From NCBI GenBank assembly GCA_040755335.1, contig JBFMAU010000002.1, positions 1 to 52,321 on the forward strand: a stretch of 52,321 nt of DNA, written 5' to 3'. The notes under the pieces are model-generated. The model had not been told where the DNA came from. It made no database searches and saw only the letters and a list, made by a program, of their open reading frames with translations. Position numbers and translations under genes: made by a program. Numbering within the stretch: the first letter of the stretch is position 1; each line of letters starts with the position of its first letter. The DNA comes from Acidobacteriota bacterium. GTDB lineage: Bacteria > Acidobacteriota > Blastocatellia > UBA7656. Positions 25,659 through 33,380 of this stretch are shown here, piece by piece.

Positions 25659-26915
25659 ATGATTAAAATCCTGCCCCTGTGTCTGGTATTTCTGTTCGCG
25701 CCATCCGCCCTGAGAGCGCAGACCTCATCGCCCGAAAGCGGGGAGGTGGAGACGCTTCGCAAAAAAATAGAAGCTCAGGAGGCGCAGATAAAACTGCTGC
25801 GCGAGATGCTCGACCGTCAACAGAGCATGCTCGAAGCCATACAGCAAAAGCTCGCTCAACCGGTCGCGTCGGATCAGAATAAATCCTCTCATACAAACTC
25901 TTCCGAGAGCGCAAAGGCTGCGACTCAGACGACTGAAAGCGTGGAAGCGGGCGCGGGCAAAATAAGATTCAACGGGCTGGCGCAGGTATGGTTTGCGTCG
26001 GGCAACGAAGGATTCCGTGACACCTTTCGTTTGCGTCGCGCGCAGTTGCGATTCAGCGGCGAACTCAATCCTAAACTCAAATGGACGGTGATGCTCGATG
26101 CTGCCAAGGCGCTTTCAGCAAACGACTCCTTCGAGGGGGGCGCATTGAGCGACGTGAAGATCGATCAATCCTCGCGAATACTTCAGGAAGCCTTCCTCAC
26201 GCTCGATTACATTCCGAGAGTTCATCTCGACGCGGGCCAGTTCAAAGTGCCTCTCTCTCTGGAACTGCTGCAACAGGCTTCGGCTCTCGACACAATTGAG
26301 CGCGCGCTGTTCATCTCAGACCGCTCGCGCGGAGGACTGGGAGTCGCTCGCGACATCGGCCTCGCGATGCGCGGTCGCCTGCACCGTCAGGTAGATTATC
26401 AACTCGGCCTTTTCAACTCCAGCGGCGAGCATCAAAACGACTCTGACCGTAACGATCAAAAAGCTCTGATCGGAAGAGTTGCTTTCCGCCCGCCTTTCAT
26501 CAAAGGTTTGCAGGTGGGAGCCTCCGGCGCGTGGGGAGGCGGAGAGCGGCCCGACCGCGTGCGACGCGACCGCGCAGGCGGCGAGGTGCTGTTTGATCGC
26601 AACGGCTTCAAATTCAAATCCGAACTGATGGCGATCACCGACGGCGACACGCATCGCCTCGGTTATTACGCTCACGTCGGCTATCGCATAACTCCGAGGC
26701 TTGAGCCTGTGTTCCGCTTCGATTCCTTCGATCCGAACACCGGTCTCGAAACCGGTCAGGCGAATGTGACCGAGCGCGATTACGTCGCAGGTCTCAACTA
26801 TTACATCAACGAAAACAAACTGAAGCTCCAGATGAACTACCTTCGCAAAACTTTCGAAAACGGATTGCTCCCTTCTCGCAATCTGGTTCTTGTGAATCTG
26901 CAAACCTCCTGGTGA
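25659..26915 (+). CDS. Phosphate-selective porin O/P-like outer-membrane protein with N-terminal coiled coil
   Basis: Signal MIKILPLCLVFLFAPSALRAQ, coiled coil EVETLRKKIEAQEAQIKLL, beta-barrel pattern ending ...LVNLQTSW. An in-frame ATG at 25593 belongs to the leader motif and is an alternative start. Confidence 0.7.
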   Translation: MIKILPLCLVFLFAPSALRAQTSSPESGEVETLRKKIEAQEAQIKLLREMLDRQQSMLEAIQQKLAQPVASDQNKSSHTNSSESAKAATQTTESVEAGAGKIRFNGLAQVWFASGNEGFRDTFRLRRAQLRFSGELNPKLKWTVMLDAAKALSANDSFEGGALSDVKIDQSSRILQEAFLTLDYIPRVHLDAGQFKVPLSLELLQQASALDTIERALFISDRSRGGLGVARDIGLAMRGRLHRQVDYQLGLFNSSGEHQNDSDRNDQKALIGRVAFRPPFIKGLQVGASGAWGGGERPDRVRRDRAGGEVLFDRNGFKFKSELMAITDGDTHRLGYYAHVGYRITPRLEPVFRFDSFDPNTGLETGQANVTERDYVAGLNYYINENKLKLQMNYLRKTFENGLLPSRNLVLVNLQTSW

Positions 26916-27782
26916 ATGATGAAAAGAAAACCAGCGACCGCATTAGCTCTCGTCGCGCTTGTCGCATCTCTGCTTGCGGCAGGCTGCGGCAAATCGACGA
27001 AGCCTCTCACTTTGAGATTGAGCATGATCCCCAATACCGATCCGGGAAGGATCGTGCGCGAAAGTCAGCCTCTCATCTCCTACCTCGAACGCGAAACGGG
27101 AGCGAAGATCGAACTGACCGTCCCGACCAACTACGCCGCGGTGGTCGAAGCTATAGCCAACGATCAGGTCGACATAGCTTACTTCGGCGGATTCACTTAC
27201 GTTCAGGCGTCCGCTCGCGCAGGAGTGCGCCCGCTCGTTCAGCGCGAACGCGATCAGAATTTTCACTCGCTGTTCATCACGCAGGCGGATTCTACGATCA
27301 ACAGCCTCGCGGATTTGAAGGGCCGCACCTTCGCTTTCGGCGATGTCAATTCGACATCGGGCCATCTGATGCCTGAATACTTCATGCGACAAGCGAACCT
27401 CGACAAAGAAGTGATCGAGAAAGCCACATACATGGGCAGCCACGACGGGACGGCGCTCGCTGTGGCGAATAAAAAAGTGGACGCGGGCGCGCTGGATGAA
27501 GCGATCTATCAGCGGATGACCGCAGAAGGCAAGCTTGACTCAGCCCGTGTTCGCGTGTTTTATACTACTCCGCCGTTTTTCGATTACGTATGGGCCGCGC
27601 GGCGGGGATTAGATGAGAAATTGAGCGAGGCATTTTCAAACGCCTTTCTCAAACTCGGCCCTGAAAACCCGGAGCATAAACAATTGTTGGAATTTCTCAG
27701 CGCGACGAAATACGTTCGCGCCGAGGACAGCGATTATGACAAACTGAGACAGGCGGCTCGCGACGCAGGATTGATGAAGTAG
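26916..27782 (+). CDS. phnD: Phosphonate/phosphite ABC transporter substrate-binding lipoprotein
   Basis: Lipobox LLAAGC, then PhnD-like FGDVNSTSGHLMP and IAYFGGFTY. Confidence 0.85.
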   Translation: MMKRKPATALALVALVASLLAAGCGKSTKPLTLRLSMIPNTDPGRIVRESQPLISYLERETGAKIELTVPTNYAAVVEAIANDQVDIAYFGGFTYVQASARAGVRPLVQRERDQNFHSLFITQADSTINSLADLKGRTFAFGDVNSTSGHLMPEYFMRQANLDKEVIEKATYMGSHDGTALAVANKKVDAGALDEAIYQRMTAEGKLDSARVRVFYTTPPFFDYVWAARRGLDEKLSEAFSNAFLKLGPENPEHKQLLEFLSATKYVRAEDSDYDKLRQAARDAGLMK

Positions 27783-27830
27783 ATGTCGGAGAGGGATGTC
27801 ACATCCGGTCTCTGACGCCTGACATCGCTG

Positions 27831-28643
27831 ATGATTTATTCGCTCAAAGAAGTCGCCAAGAAATACTCCACGCGCAACGGATCGATCCATTCCCTCGACG
27901 GCGTGACGTTCGATGTTCGCCGCGGAGAGCGAGTCGCGCTCATAGGCCCTTCGGGCGCGGGCAAGACGACGCTCTTTCGCCTGCTCAACGCGACGCTTCG
28001 CCCCACGAGCGGAGAGCTTCGATTCGACGGCGCTGATGTGGGAGCGATGACGGCGCGCTCGCTTCGCGCCATGCGCCGACGCATAGGCACGATCTATCAA
28101 CAGCATCACCTCGTCCCTTCGCTCACCGCGCTCGAAAACACGCTCTGCGGCAAACTCGGTCAGTGGTCTCTCCTCCACACTCTTCGAAACATCATCCGAC
28201 CCGCGGCGGCGGAAGTCGAACAGGCAATGGCCGCGTTAGAATCGGTCGGACTTGCAGACAAACGCCTAGCTCGCGCAGACGAGCTTTCAGGCGGACAACA
28301 ACAGCGACTCGCCATAGCCCGCGTGCTGATGCAAAACCCCGATGTCATACTTGCCGACGAGCCTTTCGCTTCGCTCGACCCCGCGCTGACGGAAAGCATC
28401 GCCTCGCTGCTCCTCTCACTCGTAGATGGAGGAAAGCGGACGCTGGTCGTCACGCTTCACGATGTAGAGATGGCGATGTGGTATTTCCCGCGCATAGTCG
28501 CCCTGCGTGAGGGACGCATAGCTTTCGACCGCCCTTCGACTGAAGTTAATCGCGACGAGATGGACGCGCTCTACGCGGGCAACTCGAACTTAGTCGATGA
28601 GCAGAGGAGCAGTATAAAACGTGAGCGACATTGCGCGCGCTGA
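27831..28643 (+). CDS. phnC: Phosphonate ABC transporter ATP-binding protein
   Basis: Walker A GPSGAGKTT, signature LSGGQQQRLAIARVL, Walker B ILADEP. Confidence 0.9.
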   Translation: MIYSLKEVAKKYSTRNGSIHSLDGVTFDVRRGERVALIGPSGAGKTTLFRLLNATLRPTSGELRFDGADVGAMTARSLRAMRRRIGTIYQQHHLVPSLTALENTLCGKLGQWSLLHTLRNIIRPAAAEVEQAMAALESVGLADKRLARADELSGGQQQRLAIARVLMQNPDVILADEPFASLDPALTESIASLLLSLVDGGKRTLVVTLHDVEMAMWYFPRIVALREGRIAFDRPSTEVNRDEMDALYAGNSNLVDEQRSSIKRERHCAR

Positions 28644-30354
28644 TTACACGGATCGATTGAATCTCAGACGCGCGACGATTGCAGCGGCGCTCGTCGCTTT
28701 GATCGTTTTTTCATGGCGCATAGCTGAGGTTCGCCCCTCCGCTCTCTTCGCATCAGACGCCATCTCTGCGGTGATAGATTTCCTCCGAGGGCTTTTCCCT
28801 CCTGATCTGTCGGCGGATTTTCTTGGAGTAGTTTTCGTGGCCGCAGGGCGAACCGTCTCGATAGCAATAGCGGGAACTCTGCTTTCGATCCTGATCGGAT
28901 TGCCGTTAGGAGCGGTCGCCGCTTCGACGCTTTTCCGGCGCGGTATTCTCCTTGCGGGCGAGCGGCGAGGCGCGTGGACGTTTCTGCTTGTGGGAGTGAG
29001 TCGGGCGGCTCGCGCGCTGCTGGGATTTCTGCGAGCGGTTCCCGATCTGATGTGGGGATTGTTGTTCGTCGTGGCCGTGGGACTAGGATCGCTCGCGGGC
29101 GCGCTGGCTCTTGCAGTAAGCTATGCGGGAGTGCTGGGCCGCGTCTATGCAGACGTGTTCGACAGCGTTGACGGGCGCCCTGTCGAAGCATTGCATGCGA
29201 CGGGCGCGACGCGCTCACAGGTTTTCCTTCGCGCCGTCTGGCCTCAGTCCAGACCGACGATCATCGCTTACACGCTTTATTCATTCGAGTGCTGCATGCG
29301 CGCGGCTTCGGTTCTCGGATTCATAGGCGCGGGAGGCATAGGATACGAGATAAGCCTTTCGATGCGGCTCTACAGATACGATCAGGTGTTGACGCTGATA
29401 ATCGCTTTCATACTGCTGCTCACGGCTACCGACGCATTCAGTCGTTACCTGCGACGGAGGTTTCGCGCCAACGCTCCGCAGGGGACGCTTGCGCACGAAC
29501 GATTCAACGGGCTTGGGCTGATAACCGGAATCCCTCTCGAACGGGTGATGAACATAAGCATAGCCGCCATTGCAATCGCGGCGGTGACGGCGAGTTTTTA
29601 CGCAAGCGGATTTTTCGACGGCTCTCTGATGGATGCATCTTTGCTCAGTCGCATCAGTCGTTTCGTCGGGGCGATGATGCCGCCCGAACTGAGCGCATCT
29701 TTTTTGCGATCACTCATCGAGCCGCTTTTTCAAACCATAGCGATTTCCGTCATGGGGACGCTCATCGGAATGATTACAGGCGCGCTGCTGGCTCTGCCCG
29801 CGACAGCGACATTGATATTCGTAGAAGAAGACGAAGCGGGAAAGCGATCCCGGTTAGAGCGAGCGGCGCGGAGGATGACATACACGCTTGCGCGAACGGT
29901 GTTGAGTCTTCTTCGTTCGATACCTGAGCTTGTGTGGGTATTGATGTGCATCATAGCCGTGGGTCTCGGCCCATTTGCGGGAGCCATTGCGATAGGGCTT
30001 CACACGGGCGGCGTGCTGGGGAAGCTTTATGCGGAGACGCTCGAAGAAGTTCCGGAGAATCCTCTCGAAGCGTTGCGTTCGACGGGCGCGCGAAGGATGC
30101 AGATACTCGCGTGGGGCATCTGGCCGCAGGCGAGACCTATGCTCGTAAGCTACACGGTGTTGAGGTGGGAGACGAATTTGAGAGTATCGACTGTTTTGGG
30201 ACTTGTGGGCGGCGGCGGACTGGGGCAGGCGATTTACAACAACATTCAGCTTGGGTTTTACACGAAGGTGGCGACTTTAATACTCGCGGTTTACGCGCTC
30301 GTTGTGACGACCGATTGGATAGGCGACCGCGTGCGAGAGCGGCCCGCATCGTAA
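28621..30354 (+). CDS. phnE: Phosphonate ABC transporter permease, tandem-fused double PhnE
   Basis: Two PhnE-like halves, each with EAL.(A/S)TGA....(W)PQ..P and LG.(I/V)G.GG(I/L)G motifs. The GTG start overlaps the end of phnC. Confidence 0.85.
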   Translation: MSDIARADYTDRLNLRRATIAAALVALIVFSWRIAEVRPSALFASDAISAVIDFLRGLFPPDLSADFLGVVFVAAGRTVSIAIAGTLLSILIGLPLGAVAASTLFRRGILLAGERRGAWTFLLVGVSRAARALLGFLRAVPDLMWGLLFVVAVGLGSLAGALALAVSYAGVLGRVYADVFDSVDGRPVEALHATGATRSQVFLRAVWPQSRPTIIAYTLYSFECCMRAASVLGFIGAGGIGYEISLSMRLYRYDQVLTLIIAFILLLTATDAFSRYLRRRFRANAPQGTLAHERFNGLGLITGIPLERVMNISIAAIAIAAVTASFYASGFFDGSLMDASLLSRISRFVGAMMPPELSASFLRSLIEPLFQTIAISVMGTLIGMITGALLALPATATLIFVEEDEAGKRSRLERAARRMTYTLARTVLSLLRSIPELVWVLMCIIAVGLGPFAGAIAIGLHTGGVLGKLYAETLEEVPENPLEALRSTGARRMQILAWGIWPQARPMLVSYTVLRWETNLRVSTVLGLVGGGGLGQAIYNNIQLGFYTKVATLILAVYALVVTTDWIGDRVRERPAS

Positions 30355-30419
30355 GCCATCGGCTTGTTTGATAGAATCATCGCCATCGCAGTTAAAAATT
30401 TTGATGAGGTGTCCGTGCC

Positions 30420-32003
30420 ATGCTGGAAACAAGTGATCAGGCTCCTGCGTTTTCTCTACCACAACTTGATGGAAACACGATACGGCTCGGCGAAGGCAAA
30501 CCGCGTCTCGTCGTTTTTTTGGAAACCGATTGCCCGACCTGTCGATTGACTATTCCTTATCTCAATCGCCTCTCTTCGATACTCGGAGAAAATTCAGATG
30601 CTGTCATAGGCATATCGCAGGACGGCGAGCGGCAAACCAGAGAACTCATCGAGCAGATGCAAATTTCTTTTCCCGTAGTCACGGACAGCGATTTGAAAGT
30701 CTCGCGCGAGTATGATCCTGTGGCAGTGCCTACGCTCTTCCTCATCGATGCAAACGGAAAAATCATTCGAACCCAAACCGCTTTCGACAAGGAAGATTTA
30801 AACGACATCGCTCGCCTGATGTGCGAAGCCTTCAAACTCAGTCCCGTCATCATCGCCGACCCTTACGACGGCGCTCCGCAATCAAAGCCCGGTTGCATGT
30901 CTCGTCATCTTGAAACTGCGACCGAAGACGACGTAGCGGAAGCGATCAACCTTTACGCAAAACGCGGCAGCCGCGCCTCGCGCATCGAGCTTGACGACGC
31001 GACCGACGTTTACGAATACCTGATGCAGTACGATCCGCTGCCCGTAGTGCCTCCCACCACGGAGCGCGTAGAAAGAATGCTTGCGGCGACAACGCTTCCG
31101 GCGGATGAAATCATCGCCCGCGTTCCGCCAAACTATGGCGCGGCTACGGTCGAAAAAATAGCCGCAAACGCCGTGATGGCCGGATGCAAGCCGGAGATGA
31201 TGAGCGTGTTGATACCGCTCATTCGCGCCGCATGCGATGAAAGATTCAACCTTCACGGGGTTCAGGCGACGACTCACTTCGCCGCGCCTCTCATAATCGT
31301 CAATGGCCCTGTCCGTCATCGATTGGGTTTTACCTGTGCGGGCAATGTGATGAGCAACGTCTCGCGAGCGAACTCTACGCTCGGTCGCGCATTGCAACTC
31401 ATCTTGACGAATATCGGCGGCGCGCGTCCGGGCGAGATAGATATGTCGACGCTCGGCAATCCCGGAAAATTTTCTTACTGCATAGCCGAAAACGAAGAAG
31501 CAAGTCCGTGGGAGCCGCTTCAGGTCGAGATGGGACTCTTGAGAGATCAAAGCGCGGTCACACTTTTTGCCGCAGAGCCTCCGCGCGGCGTGAGCGAGCA
31601 TAACGCCCGTCGCGGCGAAACCGTTCTCAAAGCGATCAGCCGCGCGCTTGCGACCTCGTGGACTTATCGCTCCTGTATAGGAATCGAAGCGATAGTCGTG
31701 CTTTGCCCTGAGCATGTGAAAACACTCGACAGCGACGGCTTCACCAAACAGTCGATAAGAGAGTGGCTCTTTCACAACACGGGCATTCCCAAAAAAGAAT
31801 ATACGGACGAAGGCGAGGGGACTCAGTACACGCAGTTTTACAAAGAGGCGGTGATCGCGGGCGAGCCATGTTATTTGAAATTCCCGCACCCATCAGCGAT
31901 AAAAATAGTCGTCGCGGGCGGGACAGCCGGAAAGTTTTCAGCCGTCATCAGCAGTTGGGCCGCAGGAGAACGCGGTAGCCAGATGGTCACTTATCCGGTT
32001 TAG
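30420..32003 (+). CDS. Fusion protein: N-terminal TlpA/peroxiredoxin-like thioredoxin-fold domain (CPTC) plus an unrecognised ~380-aa C-terminal domain
   Basis: APAFSLPQLDGNTIRL...VVFLETDCPTCRL...VPTLFLIDANGKI covers residues 1-~135. I match the remainder to no family. RBS GAGGTG. Confidence 0.8.
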   Translation: MLETSDQAPAFSLPQLDGNTIRLGEGKPRLVVFLETDCPTCRLTIPYLNRLSSILGENSDAVIGISQDGERQTRELIEQMQISFPVVTDSDLKVSREYDPVAVPTLFLIDANGKIIRTQTAFDKEDLNDIARLMCEAFKLSPVIIADPYDGAPQSKPGCMSRHLETATEDDVAEAINLYAKRGSRASRIELDDATDVYEYLMQYDPLPVVPPTTERVERMLAATTLPADEIIARVPPNYGAATVEKIAANAVMAGCKPEMMSVLIPLIRAACDERFNLHGVQATTHFAAPLIIVNGPVRHRLGFTCAGNVMSNVSRANSTLGRALQLILTNIGGARPGEIDMSTLGNPGKFSYCIAENEEASPWEPLQVEMGLLRDQSAVTLFAAEPPRGVSEHNARRGETVLKAISRALATSWTYRSCIGIEAIVVLCPEHVKTLDSDGFTKQSIREWLFHNTGIPKKEYTDEGEGTQYTQFYKEAVIAGEPCYLKFPHPSAIKIVVAGGTAGKFSAVISSWAAGERGSQMVTYPV

Positions 32004-32097
32004 TGGTCAGTGGCCAGTGGTCGGTGGTCAGTTGTTTTATTCTGACTCCAAACTTCTGGCTTCTGACTCCAGACTCCAGACTCTCGACTCCAGACTT
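32004..32097 (+). repeat. Composite intercistronic short-tandem-repeat element: (GGTCAGT)n - TTTTATTCTGACTCCA - (GACTCCA)n - T-run
   Basis: TGGTCAGTGGCCAGTGGTCGGTGGTCAGTTG TTTTATTCTGACTCCAAACTTCTGGCTTCTGACTCCAGACTCCAGACTCTCGACTCCAGACTTTT, then GAGGAG and the ATG. Confidence 0.85.
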
Positions 32098-32111
32098 TTG
32101 AGGAGAACATT

Positions 32112-32639
32112 ATGCCGATAAATTTGATCAATCCGTTTGACGAGACTCCGCGCTCGCACGTCGCGGCGGCCTCGCGACTGAGCGCGCTTGAAGGCAAGAC
32201 CGTCGCTCTGCTCGACATCAGCAAACCGGGCGGAAGCGTTTTTCTGAATCGCATCGAAGCGTTGCTCAAAGATCGCTTTCGAGTCCGCGAGGTCATTCGA
32301 GCGATGAAGCCGACCTTCACGAAGCCCGCGCCTGATGAGGTGATAGGAAAGATCGTCGCGGCAAAAGCCGATGCGGTGATAGAAGCTCTGGCCGATTGAG
32401 GGTCATGCACGACGTGCAGTTTGCACGACACGACCCGGTTTGAAAGCATGGGGATTCCTTCGGTCGCAATAGCCACAGAAGAATTTATGACGGCAGCCCG
32501 CGCTCAGGCCGCAGCATTGGGGCGAGCGGATTTCGACGCGGTTTACGTCGCGCATCCCATACAGGATCAGACCCGACAGGAAATAGAAGCCCGCGCTGAC
32601 GCGGTGATCGAAGAGATAGCCGCGCGGCTCACATCGTGA
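32112..32639 (+). CDS. UGSC-type (UxxCxxC) selenoprotein. An in-frame TGA at 32397-32399 is read as selenocysteine; 175 aa in total.
   Basis: Track ORFs 32112-32399 and 32421-32639 share one frame. Read-through gives ...AVIEALAD-U-GSCTTCSLHDTTRFESMGIPSVAIATEEF... A SECIS-like hairpin follows the TGA. The second ORF has only a TTG start and no RBS. Confidence 0.75.
32400..32436 (+). promoter_or_regulatory. Candidate bacterial SECIS element
   Basis: GGGUC(32400-04)/GACCC(32432-36) basal stem. CGUGCA(32413-18)/UGCACG(32422-27) apical stem with loop GUU. It starts directly after the UGA. Confidence 0.6.
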
Positions 32640-32682
32640 AGGTTGATGACTCGGTTCAGTGATATACAGTCAGAGTGTGTGA

Positions 32683-32711
32683 TTGTGCCGGACTTTACTC
32701 TGTGCTAGATT
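32683..32711 (+). promoter_or_regulatory. Candidate promoter of the DUF433/DUF5615 pair (TTGTGC-17 nt-TAGATT)
   Basis: Hexamers at 32683-88 and 32706-11. The spacer overlaps a CAGAGT...ACTCTG inverted repeat. Confidence 0.35.
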
Positions 32712-32732
32712 CGTTTTCGCAAGGAGCAAATC

Positions 32733-32987
32733 ATGAAGGCGCGCAAATCGGTAGAGCTTGGTCAATACATAATCGCCGACCCGCAGATTTGCCATGGCAA
32801 ACCCACCTTCAAAGGCACGCGCATCATGGTCAGAGACGTTCTCTACTTCGTGGCAAAGGGTTATGATTGGGATCGCATCTCGGCTGAATACGACGGACGC
32901 CTTAGCCATGAAGCTATTGCGGAGGCGATTGAGTTGGCTCGCAAGGCATTGATCGAAAAAACTGAGAAGCCGAAACGGGCAGCATGA
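32733..32987 (+). CDS. DUF433-family antitoxin-like protein
   Basis: ICHGKPTFKGTRIMVRDVLYFVAKGYDWDRISAEY..LSHEAIAEAIELA matches the DUF433 pattern. RBS AAGGAG. Confidence 0.8.
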   Translation: MKARKSVELGQYIIADPQICHGKPTFKGTRIMVRDVLYFVAKGYDWDRISAEYDGRLSHEAIAEAIELARKALIEKTEKPKRAA

Positions 32988-33370
32988 ACGTCCTTGATGA
33001 GAACATCATAGCGAGCCAGCGCAAACAACTTGAATCATGGAAGATTCACTTTCGACGGATCGGCGACGAGGTCGGTCATTTGGGAATGAAGGATATGGAT
33101 GAAATTATTCCGCTGCTTCACGCCCTGCACCGCCCGACATTTTTTACGATGGACGAAGACTTCTATCGCCCTCAACTCCTCCACGCCGGCTATTGTCTGG
33201 TCTATCTCGATGTGTACCCCGACGAAGCCGCTCAATATATTCGCCGCTTCCTGCGCTTCAAAGGATTTCGCACTCAGGCGCAACGAATGGGCAAAGTGAT
33301 TCGCCTTCGACACACTGAGATGGACTACAGACAGATTGGCATACAGAAAGAGATCGCAATTCACTGGTGA
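32984..33370 (+). CDS. DUF5615-like (PIN/Mut7-C-like) putative toxin
   Basis: MNVLDENI...IIPLLHALHRPTFFTMDEDF. ATGA start/stop overlap with the DUF433 gene. This is the usual DUF433 partner. Confidence 0.65.
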   Translation: MNVLDENIIASQRKQLESWKIHFRRIGDEVGHLGMKDMDEIIPLLHALHRPTFFTMDEDFYRPQLLHAGYCLVYLDVYPDEAAQYIRRFLRFKGFRTQAQRMGKVIRLRHTEMDYRQIGIQKEIAIHW

Positions 33371-33380
33371 TCTCGCGCGC

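Noticed and set aside
32000-32476. 158-aa minus-strand ORF across the repeat element and the selenoprotein gene
   Set aside because: It is antisense to a frame with a strong RBS, a redox motif and a SECIS-like hairpin. Its N-terminal part is translated from the heptamer repeats. It has no motifs.
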